From the NCBI GenBank assembly GCA_027490665.1, contig JAIXXP010000116.1, positions 15,840 to 79,839 of the forward strand: a stretch of 64,000 bases of DNA, in the 5' to 3' direction. Of this stretch, positions 1-8,704 are shown in pieces (position 1 is the stretch's first letter; every line of letters starts with the position of its first letter). Under the pieces are notes generated by a model. The model searched no databases. It saw only the letters and a list, made by a program, of their open reading frames with translations, and was not told the DNA's origin. The stretch is from Cryomorphaceae bacterium. Lineage in GTDB: Bacteria; Bacteroidota; Bacteroidia; Flavobacteriales_D; Crocinitomicaceae. The position numbers and the translations under genes were made by a program.

Positions 1-387
1 TTTGACGCGATTAAACCAAATAAGGAAACCTCCATATTTACAGACATTCCGAATGTGCCGCAGTTTGTCATCGTTTTACTCGACGACGAAGAAGAAGCCG
101 ATGACCTCCGCACTGTAGTCGCTAATTTTTCAACTAAGGCTTTCAAGACTGCAAAAGTCAAGGTAAGTGTCAAAACTACCCTCGATGAAAAGAATTTCAT
201 TTTAATTTCTGAGTTCCCTACAAGCAAAATTGCATGGGATTACCTCAACGCCTATAAGGCCGGAGCAGAGTATTTAGATGACTATCAAAACAATAAAATT
301 TTCATAATCAATCAAGAAAATTTGAAAAAGTTGATAGAAACATCGAAATTTGATGAATATAAAGGATTTTTCATCGACAATTACTAA
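1..387 (+). CDS. hypothetical protein, 5'-truncated at window edge
   Basis: Frame 1 is open from nt 1 (FDAIKPNKETSIFTDIPNV...) into the listed 55..387 ORF, whose listed start is only a GTG. No family recognised. The stop lies 5 nt before the bactofilin ATG. Confidence 0.45.
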   Translation, partial: FDAIKPNKETSIFTDIPNVPQFVIVLLDDEEEADDLRTVVANFSTKAFKTAKVKVSVKTTLDEKNFILISEFPTSKIAWDYLNAYKAGAEYLDDYQNNKIFIINQENLKKLIETSKFDEYKGFFIDNY

Positions 388-392
388 GCAAC

Positions 393-800
393 ATGCTAAG
401 AAAAGACATTTTCGGAGGTTCTCAACAACCTGACAACACCGACCGCACCAACCGCATCATTGCCGGTACAGAAATCAACGGCGACCTCACCTCAGACACC
501 AATATTCATTTAGAGGGAGAGGTGAACGGTAACGTTTCATGTGCAGGCCGCGTCATCATCGGTACTTCTGGTAAAATCAATGGCAATCTTGTTTGTGTCA
601 ACGCCGAAATCGAAGGTGCCATGGAAGGCCAACTCTTGGTAGAAAACCTTTTGGTCTTGCGTTCTACAGCCCGCATCAAAGGCGATATCCAAACCATGAA
701 GCTACACATCGAAGAAGGTGCATTCTTTGAAGGTGCATGTGTGATGCGCGCTGGGGTCAGCACTCAAAAATTGGATGCCGAGGCTGCGTTCAATGACTAA
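393..800 (+). CDS. bactofilin (polymer-forming cytoskeletal protein, DUF583)
   Basis: ATG start. Repetitive beta-helix pattern typical of bactofilins: IIAGTEINGDL...IHLEGEVNGNV...GRVIIGTSGKINGNLVC..AEIEGAMEG...ARIKGDI...LHIEEGAFFEG. Confidence 0.85.
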   Translation: MLRKDIFGGSQQPDNTDRTNRIIAGTEINGDLTSDTNIHLEGEVNGNVSCAGRVIIGTSGKINGNLVCVNAEIEGAMEGQLLVENLLVLRSTARIKGDIQTMKLHIEEGAFFEGACVMRAGVSTQKLDAEAAFND

Positions 801-1017
801 CAATAAATCCAGTAATCCTTTTCTGAAATTAAGCTCAGCAGCTATTCAAATGGCTGCAGTAATAGGTGGCTTTACTTGGTTAGGCACCTATCTTGATACC
901 AAATGGTCCACGGACAGTTTGTTTACAATTGTTGGTGCATTGTTAGGTGTTGGTATTGGTCTATACCTCATCATTAAAGAAGTCAATCAGCTCAATCGTG
1001 AAAACCCACCCCAATAA
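793..1017 (+). CDS. AtpZ/AtpI family small membrane protein
   Basis: Two TM segments. NPFLKLSSAAIQMAAVIGGFTWLGTYLD...IVGALLGVGIGLYLIIK resembles AtpZ/AtpI. I prefer ATG 793 (ATGACTAA overlap with the bactofilin stop) over the listed ATG 775. Confidence 0.65.
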   Translation: MTNNKSSNPFLKLSSAAIQMAAVIGGFTWLGTYLDTKWSTDSLFTIVGALLGVGIGLYLIIKEVNQLNRENPPQ

Positions 1018-1051
1018 ACGCATTCAGCCGTGGTCATATTTGGCTACACTT

Positions 1052-1375
1052 ATGGCAGTGCATTTCGTTTTTGTTGTCCTCGACCTCACCTCCGTTTTTG
1101 AACTCGCTTTTAGTGAAATGTTTGCAGTTCAATGTGCGTCTATTTTGTTGGTCCTTATTTCGGCAGCCATCTTGTTTATTAAAAATAACGGCGATCCAGC
1201 GGAGCAAACCTTTCGCTTCCTGATCATAAGTGTTACGCAGTTGTTAGGATATCTTTCGACGAGTTTAGCCCTTATTTATACAGATCAAACAACGGAATTA
1301 GTGTTGTATTTACTGAGCTTGGCCTTAAGTGTATTAATTCTGCAAACAAGTTATTTAGTACGCCGCTTAAAATGA
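1052..1375 (+). CDS. small hydrophobic membrane protein, unknown function
   Basis: Three or four predicted TM helices. The listed ORF start (947) overlaps the AtpZ gene, so I prefer the first ATG after its stop (1052). TTG 1040 is also possible. Confidence 0.45.
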   Translation: MAVHFVFVVLDLTSVFELAFSEMFAVQCASILLVLISAAILFIKNNGDPAEQTFRFLIISVTQLLGYLSTSLALIYTDQTTELVLYLLSLALSVLILQTSYLVRRLK

Positions 1376-2623
1376 CTTCATAAACCCAAGTAGTAGCTGT
1401 GCTAGTGGTTCAAACGCCGCATAACTTAATGCTTCAGCTTTGTCCTCTATGTCGTGGTAATGTTTGTTTGGCCCCATTGTATAGACAAAAAAAGCGGGGA
1501 CTCCTTTTTCAGTGAAAAAATAATGATCAGAATTAGCAGCAGGCCCTCTAGATTTCACTTGAGGTAAGTTATTTCCTTCCTGATTGAGCTCAGTTAATCT
1601 GTCGAACTCAGGCTTGAATAAAGTGGCATTCACCACGGTAATTCCTTCTTCACCGCTCCCCATAATGTCTGTATTTAGTAAAAAGCGAATCTTTTTTAAG
1701 TCGAAGAGAGGATGTTCTACAAAATAATGAGAGCCTACAAGACCTGCCTCCTCGGCGCCAAAAGCAATAAAAACATAATTAAAGTTGGTGTCGGGCTTCA
1801 GGCTTAACTCATGGGCGAGATAGAGGAGCATCCCGACGCCCGATGCGTTGTCATTTGCGCCGGGGAAGTAGGTTTCCTTACCCATGCGCCCAAGATGGTC
1901 GTAATGCGCTGTAATGACCAAATAGGGCTTTTGTTTAGGCTTTTTGGCTGCAGGTAAGTAACCAATTATATTACTGGATGTAAATTTTGGTATAAACGCA
2001 CTCTCTAAATGAATAAAAGCGCTTTGCGGCTGGGCAGCAAAAGAAGAGGCTAAAACCTGAAAAGCAGGGTAGGGATTCGCTTCTTGGCTGACTGACCATG
2101 TAAGTTTGTTTGTGGTGAGTTCAATTGTTGCAGCAAATTGTTGGAGTTCTAGCAGCCTCGTTTGCATTACTTTATTGGTGTCGCCGCCAAAACCTGTAGT
2201 TCTGACCACCAACATGCGGTCTTTTGGGCAAGGTTTGAACGCATTGACACTCCGGTATAATGTTGCCGCATTACAATAAACCAATTGATAAAATTGTGGC
2301 ATTACGCCAGCGGAAGCTGGATCCACTAAGTAGTCAATACCTGGACGGAGCGTATCGGAGCCCAAAACAAAATTACAAGCACCTGGAAAGGTTTGAACCG
2401 GTAAGGTAAAAGTTTGATGGTATTTGCCTTTAAAAGGCTTGAGGCCAATTTTTTGGAATTCGACAGCAATTAAATTAGCTGCTAAAACGCTACCGCCATC
2501 TACGTAACCACGGCCGGCGTATTCTGGTGAACAGAGCATAGAAATGGCCTGCCGATAGGGGTAGTGTTGCCCATAAGCTAAAGTAAGCGTAAGGCTAAAG
2601 AGAAAACTAAGCGCCAGCCGCAT
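1367..2623 (-). CDS. M28 family metallopeptidase (aminopeptidase-like), exported
   Basis: M28 zinc-ligand motifs are present: ITAHYDHLGR, PGANDNASGVGMLL, FIAFGAEEAGLVGSHYF. I chose internal ATG 2623 because it gives the signal peptide MRLALSFLFSLTLTLAYG|Q. The listed 70-aa N-terminal extension overlaps the upstream gene. Confidence 0.85.
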   Translation of the reverse strand: MRLALSFLFSLTLTLAYGQHYPYRQAISMLCSPEYAGRGYVDGGSVLAANLIAVEFQKIGLKPFKGKYHQTFTLPVQTFPGACNFVLGSDTLRPGIDYLVDPASAGVMPQFYQLVYCNAATLYRSVNAFKPCPKDRMLVVRTTGFGGDTNKVMQTRLLELQQFAATIELTTNKLTWSVSQEANPYPAFQVLASSFAAQPQSAFIHLESAFIPKFTSSNIIGYLPAAKKPKQKPYLVITAHYDHLGRMGKETYFPGANDNASGVGMLLYLAHELSLKPDTNFNYVFIAFGAEEAGLVGSHYFVEHPLFDLKKIRFLLNTDIMGSGEEGITVVNATLFKPEFDRLTELNQEGNNLPQVKSRGPAANSDHYFFTEKGVPAFFVYTMGPNKHYHDIEDKAEALSYAAFEPLAQLLLGFMKSF

Positions 2624-3551
2624 GGCGACGACAAATTTTATAGATGAAGTCTTCGACAATTTCAGATTCGGTGTCCCAGTTAAAAGTTTGAGCCAATTCG
2701 GCAAGCATGTTGCGCGCTGCGTCCATTGATGCGAGTTGGTCGAGTTGCTTGATATTTGTCGAGAAATCGTCTGAGGAACCGTCGAAGAGTTCATTGATAA
2801 ATTGTAATTTCTCGTTGAGGGTGAAGGCGCCAATTAGGCTCTCCAACGGAAAAACACTGCGGCTGTCGCGGATATTTGCTTCCATTTCTGCCATCCAAAT
2901 GGGTTGGTCTGCAGAAAATTGTGGTTCCCATGGTGTTGGTGCTTCGGTTTCTTGAATCGGTTCTTCTTCTTTCTCTTCCTCTAGAATAGGTTCTTGAAAA
3001 GTTTGAACAGGCTCTTCAAATTCTTCCTCTTCTTGAATCGGTTCTATAACTTCATCCTCTTCTATAATTGGTTGTTCTACTTCTTCTTTCTCTTCCTCTA
3101 GAATAGGTTCTTGAAAAGTTTGAGCAGTCTCTTCAAATTCTTCCTCTTCTTGAATAGGTTCTACAACTTCATCCTCCTCATCTTCCTCATCTTGCCACTG
3201 CTCTGTAGAGGCTTCTTGGTCGAGTATTTCACTTTCACCATTTGCAAAAGTAACTTCAAATTCGGGCTCAGGTGCGATAGTTGGCTCCTCGATTGAACCA
3301 AATAAATCGATTGGAGTTTCAATTTCTGTTTGGCGAATACTTGCTGAAATAACGGGTTCTTTTACCCCTAGAACATTCGTTTCGTAGATTTTGTAACGCA
3401 GAATAACCATGCGCTCATAAAGCTCTTTGGCATCCTCAACTAATAATTCCATATCTTCCGGACTCAGGGCACCAGATTCTAGTTTTTCTACACCAGTTTG
3501 GAGGTGTCCGAGAATTGTTTTGATCATTAGAGAAGGACTTTTTTCTGACAT
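2607..3551 (-). CDS. acidic Glu-rich repeat protein, unknown function
   Basis: 314-aa ORF with a structured N-terminal part, a very acidic centre containing an in-frame 39-aa tandem repeat, and a C-terminal domain. It overlaps the M28 start by 17 nt on the same strand, so the two are probably co-transcribed. Confidence 0.7.
   Translation of the reverse strand: MSEKSPSLMIKTILGHLQTGVEKLESGALSPEDMELLVEDAKELYERMVILRYKIYETNVLGVKEPVISASIRQTEIETPIDLFGSIEEPTIAPEPEFEVTFANGESEILDQEASTEQWQDEEDEEDEVVEPIQEEEEFEETAQTFQEPILEEEKEEVEQPIIEEDEVIEPIQEEEEFEEPVQTFQEPILEEEKEEEPIQETEAPTPWEPQFSADQPIWMAEMEANIRDSRSVFPLESLIGAFTLNEKLQFINELFDGSSDDFSTNIKQLDQLASMDAARNMLAELAQTFNWDTESEIVEDFIYKICRRHAAGA
2964..3176 (-). repeat. 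two-copy direct tandem repeat, period 117 nt (39 codons), inside the acidic protein gene
   Basis: Copies at 2964-3059 and 3081-3176 differ at about 4 of 96 positions. They encode EPIQEEEEFEE(T/P)(A/V)QTFQEPILEEEKEE twice. Confidence 0.9.
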
Positions 3552-3603
3552 TGCTTATAACTTATTAATTTCGTGCAATCGGCGGTATGATTTACTACCG
3601 AAT

Positions 3604-3611
3604 CAAAATTA
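3604..3611 (-). promoter_or_regulatory. candidate Bacteroidota -7 box (TAATTTTG on minus strand)
   Basis: Perfect TAnnTTTG match 52 nt upstream of the 3551 start codon. No convincing -33 element seen. Confidence 0.3.
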
Positions 3612-3643
3612 GAAAACATTTCACAATCTCATTCAACAGCAGT

Positions 3644-4219
3644 ATGTTTTTAGAGCAATTTACCAAAGAAAACGGACAACAAGGTTGGATAGAGGTCATT
3701 TGTGGGTCTATGTTTTCAGGTAAAACAGAAGAACTCCTTCGCCGTTTGAGGCGTGCAGAATTCGCCAAACAGTCTATTTTACTATTTAAACCGATCATTG
3801 ATGACCGCTATGCAACAGAAGCGGTGGTGAGTCATCAAGGGCAAAGTTGGGAGGCCAAGCGCATTGCAGCTGCTATGGACATACAGAATAGTTGGCAAGG
3901 CGAACAAATTGTTGCCATAGACGAGGCACAATTTTTTGATGCCGCTGTCGTGCAAATATGCAGTGAGCTTGCCAACAAAGGTGTGCGGGTTATTGTAGCG
4001 GGTTTAGATATGGATTTTAAAGGGGTTCCTTTTGGCCCAATGCCTCAACTCATGGCTATTGCTGAGTACGTGAGTAAGGTACATGCTGTTTGTGTACATT
4101 GCGGCAAATTAGCTCAATTCTCGCACAGAACTGTAGCCCAAACGCAGCAAGTTTTGGTAGGTGCAGTTGAAAAATACCAACCTTTGTGTCGAAGCTGTTA
4201 TCAAAAAGCGTTGCAATGA
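3644..4219 (+). CDS. tdk: thymidine kinase
   Basis: P-loop GSMFSGKTEELLRRL, DEAQFF, and the C-terminal zinc motif CVHCG...CRSCY. ATG 3644 preferred over the listed upstream start. Confidence 0.9.
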   Translation: MFLEQFTKENGQQGWIEVICGSMFSGKTEELLRRLRRAEFAKQSILLFKPIIDDRYATEAVVSHQGQSWEAKRIAAAMDIQNSWQGEQIVAIDEAQFFDAAVVQICSELANKGVRVIVAGLDMDFKGVPFGPMPQLMAIAEYVSKVHAVCVHCGKLAQFSHRTVAQTQQVLVGAVEKYQPLCRSCYQKALQ

Positions 4220-6459
4220 ATTTAAAGCTCACTATCACAGCATTTGCCGAAATTACCCAAGCCGAAATGCTTGGATCAAACGAGCTGATATTCATTCGAG
4301 AAGTCGCTTACGATACGCGCAAAATTGTCCGCACTGAAGGCGTGGTGTTTTTTGCCTTAAAAGGCGCCAAGCAAAGTGGTTTGGCTTATATCGAAAGTGC
4401 CTACGATCAAGGAATTAGAAATTTTGTCGTAGAAGAACAGCCGCGAAAACCACATCCTGAAGCTACTTATTTTATGGTGAAAGATGCGCTACTAGCGCTG
4501 CAAAAATTGGCAGCATTTCACCGCCAAAATATAAAGTATCCAATAGTAGCAATTACAGGGAGCATTGGCAAAACCACCGTTAAAGAATGGATTGCTCATC
4601 TTTTAAGTGAGCAACTTAAAGTGTACCGCAGTCCTAAAAGTTATAATTCTCAGCTTGGGGTTGCTCTTTCGCTGCTAGCACTGCCTTTAGATGGCGACCT
4701 CGCACTCATTGAAGCTGCCATCACTAAACCCCGAGAAATGGAGCGCCTGCAAGCCATGATCGCACCAGACTATTGCGTAATTACCAATAAAAGTAACGGT
4801 TTAAGAAACGAGTTTCCGGATCAAGGGGCATATGCTGCCGCACTTGAATTATTAGCCCAAAATGTAAAGTGGGTCATAAACGGCGAACAGTTGAATACGA
4901 ATACCAATTTCGAAGAACTGGTTGGCGCCATCCCGTTTTCAGACCCTATTCGCACGTATAATGCCAAAATTGCCTTGGCTTGCGCGCTGCAATTTGGAGT
5001 TTGTACAACTGAAGCAGTTCGTTTGCTGCCCAAATTAGCCAATCGTTTAGAAACCTTTGAGGGCATACAAGGCGCAACACTAATTAATGATAGTTATACC
5101 CTAGATTTACTTGCCTTTGAGGGCTCTTTGGCATTTTTAAATTCAGCTGCAAAAGGAAAACCTAAGCTGGTTTGTTGCATTCTTGCATCCAATCAAGCGC
5201 ATATGAGGGACGCCATTTTACAGATGCTTGCTACCCATCATATAGATCAATATTTTATTTGGGATGCACTACCCGAAATACTTCCAGATATTACCAATCA
5301 TGTTGTCCTGATCAAAGGCAATCAACAGCAACTTGCAGAAGCACTTTTGGCCAAATGGAAACGCAAGTCACATAGCACGGTGGTGCGCTATGACCTTTCT
5401 GCGCTGCAACACAACCTCAGAGTTTACCAGCAAACACTCGCGCCAACTACCCAAATATTGGCTATGGTCAAAGCGCAAGCTTATGGCGCTGGTCTCGATC
5501 AAATTGCCCAGCAGTTGGTGCGCTCAGGCGTCAATTATTTTGGCGTAGCCTATGCTGACGAAGGCGTGTTGTTGAGGCAAGCAGGCATTCAGCTGCCTAT
5601 TTTAGTAATGAACGCCGAGCCTGCTAGTTTTGAGGTCTGTGTAGCCCACCAGCTCGAGCCCGCCATTTATAGTTTGGAGCACCTAGACACTTTTATTCGT
5701 ACGTTAATTGCGCAGCAAATTCAAGCTTACCCAATTCACCTGAAAATTGACACTGGCATGCACCGCTTAGGATTTTTACCTGAGCAAATAGAACGACTTA
5801 TTCAAACGATCAGTGCACAGCCAGAGGTAATGGTCAAAAGTATATACAGTCATATGGCTTGTGCCGATGATCCACAACACCCCATGAATGTCAAACAAAT
5901 AGATATTTTTAACCGTGTTTGTGCACAATTTCAGCAGGTTCTACCTTATGCTTTTATCAGACACCTTTTGAACTCAGAAGGAGCAGCACATTTTCCGGAA
6001 GCGCAATATGATATGGTCCGCTTAGGCATTGGTTTGTTTGGCGTCAATCACGATCCGAATTTTGCTGCGAAACTGAAACCTGTTCTTTCTTGGACAAGTC
6101 AGATTTCACAATTAAAATACCTTCAGAAAGGGGCTGGGGTAGGCTATGGTTGCACCGATATAATTCAAGACGATACACAAATAGCCATTATTCCAGTTGG
6201 TTACGCAGATGGGTTCAAGCGGAATTTAAGCAATGGAAAAGGTGGCGTTGTCATCGATGGGCAATTTTGCCCCACAGTTGGCAGGGTTTGCATGGACATG
6301 ATTATGGTTTTAGCCCCTAATGTACGGCCGGATGCCGAAGTAGAAATTATTGGCACACAGCAAACTTTAGCTGATTTTGCGAGCAACGCACAGACAATTC
6401 CCTATGAAATTCTTACAAGTATCTCACCTCGTGTGCAAAGAACTTATACGAATGCTTAA
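4216..6459 (+). CDS. alr: bifunctional MurF-like Mur ligase / alanine racemase fusion
   Basis: The N-terminal half has a Mur-ligase P-loop (VAITGSIGKTTVKEW). The C-terminal half is alanine racemase, with the PLP-lysine context AMVKAQAYGAG plus YSHMACAD and PVGYADG. ATG 4216 forms an ATGA overlap with the tdk stop. Confidence 0.85.
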   Translation: MNLKLTITAFAEITQAEMLGSNELIFIREVAYDTRKIVRTEGVVFFALKGAKQSGLAYIESAYDQGIRNFVVEEQPRKPHPEATYFMVKDALLALQKLAAFHRQNIKYPIVAITGSIGKTTVKEWIAHLLSEQLKVYRSPKSYNSQLGVALSLLALPLDGDLALIEAAITKPREMERLQAMIAPDYCVITNKSNGLRNEFPDQGAYAAALELLAQNVKWVINGEQLNTNTNFEELVGAIPFSDPIRTYNAKIALACALQFGVCTTEAVRLLPKLANRLETFEGIQGATLINDSYTLDLLAFEGSLAFLNSAAKGKPKLVCCILASNQAHMRDAILQMLATHHIDQYFIWDALPEILPDITNHVVLIKGNQQQLAEALLAKWKRKSHSTVVRYDLSALQHNLRVYQQTLAPTTQILAMVKAQAYGAGLDQIAQQLVRSGVNYFGVAYADEGVLLRQAGIQLPILVMNAEPASFEVCVAHQLEPAIYSLEHLDTFIRTLIAQQIQAYPIHLKIDTGMHRLGFLPEQIERLIQTISAQPEVMVKSIYSHMACADDPQHPMNVKQIDIFNRVCAQFQQVLPYAFIRHLLNSEGAAHFPEAQYDMVRLGIGLFGVNHDPNFAAKLKPVLSWTSQISQLKYLQKGAGVGYGCTDIIQDDTQIAIIPVGYADGFKRNLSNGKGGVVIDGQFCPTVGRVCMDMIMVLAPNVRPDAEVEIIGTQQTLADFASNAQTIPYEILTSISPRVQRTYTNA

Positions 6460-6487
6460 TTTTAACTGAATTAACATCCAGAATACT

Positions 6488-7591
6488 ATGAAAAATTTAT
6501 GCCTGTTTTTGATCTTGACATGTGCTTACTTTACCAATGCACAGGTCGTAAAGCAAGATGGCGACACCCTTAAATATTTAATTGTGCGCAATAATGGTAT
6601 AGAGTATGTTGGGCAAATTTTAAGTGACGACGGTCGGGAATTACTCATCATGACCCAACAATTGGGCAGGATATATATTCCTAAGTCAGAAGTGAAGAGT
6701 ATCTCAAAGGTTGATGAATCTACTGACTACAAAGCAGGTGAATACCTCGGACAAGGCGTCTTTACCACGCGTTACCAATTTACGACCAACGCTTTCCCTA
6801 TCAAAAAAGGAGAGAATTACGCGCTGATCAATCTGTATGGCCCTGAGGTTCATTTTGGTGTGCTTCCGAATCTCAGTGTAGGCATCATGGCAACCTGGAT
6901 TGCAAGCCCAATTGCTTTGGCTTTGAAGTACACAATTCCGACCCAAAATCCGAAACTCAATTTTGGTCTAGGAACCATTATGGCTTCTTCTGGTTATTTC
7001 AACCAAGCAAAAGGCTACGGTGGTTTGCATTGGGGAATGGCAACTTACGGAACGCGCCGCAGCAATGCCACTCTTTCTTTGGGTTATGGCTATTTCAATT
7101 CCGGTTTTTCTTTTACTAGTCAGAATTCGTATTATCAACCAGGCACTTATGCAGCTGTTTTCAGTCAAGGTGCTTACAGCTTTCCAATTCCCGAAATGCT
7201 CACTTACGAAAACAAAGTAGGGAGTTTTAAAACTCCAATAGTCGGTGTTTCTGGGATAACAGCAGTGGGTAAAAAAGCGAGTTTTATTTGGGATGTCATG
7301 ATCATAGGCGGAAACAAACGAACAATTTTTACTGATCAACAAATTCAATATTTCTACGACCCCAATACGGGTCAGCCAAGTTCGGTCGTCTACAACGATC
7401 CATTTGTGGAGGTCAAAAGCACCAATATTGTCATCATGCCCGGGATGCGTTTTCAAAAAGACCAAAACCGCGCTTTTCAGGTAACACTTGCTGGCGTCAT
7501 TGGCCGTCGCGAAGAAACCGTCAACTACCAACTTGAAGTCAATCAATATTCTTTTCCAATACCAATGCTCAGTTGGTTTTATAAATTCTAA
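6488..7591 (+). CDS. exported protein of unknown family, paralogue A
   Basis: Signal peptide ...YFTNA|Q. Shares FPIKKGENYA, NLYGPEVHF, LALKYT, LSLGYGYF and the C-terminal SWFYKF with the ORFs at 9922 and 11098. Confidence 0.8.
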   Translation: MKNLCLFLILTCAYFTNAQVVKQDGDTLKYLIVRNNGIEYVGQILSDDGRELLIMTQQLGRIYIPKSEVKSISKVDESTDYKAGEYLGQGVFTTRYQFTTNAFPIKKGENYALINLYGPEVHFGVLPNLSVGIMATWIASPIALALKYTIPTQNPKLNFGLGTIMASSGYFNQAKGYGGLHWGMATYGTRRSNATLSLGYGYFNSGFSFTSQNSYYQPGTYAAVFSQGAYSFPIPEMLTYENKVGSFKTPIVGVSGITAVGKKASFIWDVMIIGGNKRTIFTDQQIQYFYDPNTGQPSSVVYNDPFVEVKSTNIVIMPGMRFQKDQNRAFQVTLAGVIGRREETVNYQLEVNQYSFPIPMLSWFYKF

Positions 7592-7593
7592 GC

Positions 7594-8607
7594 ATGGAAA
7601 CAGTTCAAGATCAGTTATTACAGCTCATCAAAGCGAAGCTTCCACCCGGCGACGCCCTCGGACACATCCTAAGTGAAACTTTACATATCAGCATGGACGC
7701 TGCCTACAGGCGCATGCGCAACGAAACAGCCCTTACCATTGACGAACTCAAAAGGCTCTGTAAAACATTCGACATCTCCTTTGATTCGCTCATACAGCAG
7801 CAGAAAACAAATGTGATATTTCGTTACACACCGCTCAATGCCTACGATTTTTCCTTGGAATCTTATTTGGAAGGCATTTTAGAAGCTTTTGAGCGTCTTC
7901 GGCATTTGGAGGATCCAAAAATCATGCTGACTATCAACAACACACATTTTTTTCAGCTCTTGAATTTTCCGCAATTGGTGCGCTTCAAACTCTTTTTTTG
8001 GGCCAAAACGCATTTGCAAATCCCCGATTACAAGAATGTCCTTTTCCATCATGAAAAAACAACGGATCGTGCATTTGAACTCGGCAAAGCCATTCTCCAA
8101 TCTTACAACACTATCCCATCTGTAGAAATATTCGACCCAGAGCTCATGCGCGGATTTTTGCGACAGATCCTTTATTATTACAAGTCCAATCAGTTTGAAG
8201 ACCCCAATTATGCGCTGTTCTTGTGCGACCGACTACTCATGTTTTCTGCCCATCTCAGAGACCAAGCAGACCACGGCAAGAAGTTCATCTATGGCACGCA
8301 AGTGCCAGCCAGCGGCAATCGTTTTGAAATGTACCTCAACGAAACCATTAACGCCGATTCTGCCTTTTATTATGAGAGCAAAGACAAACAAGGTTTGTTT
8401 CTTTCGCACAACATCATGAACTACCTCCAAACTACAGACGTTCAATATGTGCAAGATGCCAAGCAAGTTATCGATAAGCAGTTGGCTAATTCTAGCCTCA
8501 TTAGTGTTGTGAACGAAAGAGAACGCAACAATTTCTTTGTTGATTTCGAGAAAACAATTGGTATGTTTCGAAAGAAAATCGAAGCTGACCTCGACTTTTT
8601 ATCTTGA
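7594..8607 (+). CDS. XRE-like helix-turn-helix protein with large helical C-terminal domain
   Basis: N-terminal HTH pattern LGHILSETLHISMDAAYRRMRNETALTIDELKRLCKTFDISFDSL, followed by about 270 aa that look helical. No signal peptide. The ATG lies 2 nt after the paralogue A stop. Confidence 0.7.
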   Translation: METVQDQLLQLIKAKLPPGDALGHILSETLHISMDAAYRRMRNETALTIDELKRLCKTFDISFDSLIQQQKTNVIFRYTPLNAYDFSLESYLEGILEAFERLRHLEDPKIMLTINNTHFFQLLNFPQLVRFKLFFWAKTHLQIPDYKNVLFHHEKTTDRAFELGKAILQSYNTIPSVEIFDPELMRGFLRQILYYYKSNQFEDPNYALFLCDRLLMFSAHLRDQADHGKKFIYGTQVPASGNRFEMYLNETINADSAFYYESKDKQGLFLSHNIMNYLQTTDVQYVQDAKQVIDKQLANSSLISVVNERERNNFFVDFEKTIGMFRKKIEADLDFLS

Positions 8608-8704
8608 CACTTGCGTTTTTCGCAACTAAGGGACGCTTAGCTCCGAAATTCAGTTTTGCGTCTTTGAAGGATTGTTCAATCTTTGTACCATCAAATTGTA
8701 TGTT

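Noticed and set aside
2624-2833. Long N-terminal extensions in the ORF track (M28 to 2833, mfd from 24630, TraB/GumN to 45127, cargo gene from 47878, 29731, 40331, 54758, 8672).
   Set aside because: The extensions overlap neighbouring genes, terminators or -7 boxes. Several begin at TTG or GTG. Internal ATGs give proper signal peptides or conserved N-termini.
2964-3176. Considered whether the direct repeats could be a CRISPR-like or other non-coding array.
   Set aside because: There are only two copies, both in frame within a continuous ORF, with no spacer-repeat architecture and no cas genes in the window.
6968-7546. 192-aa antisense ORF inside paralogue A.
   Set aside because: It is fully contained in a gene whose product has two clear paralogues. 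It has no signal or motif of its own, so it is a typical shadow ORF.
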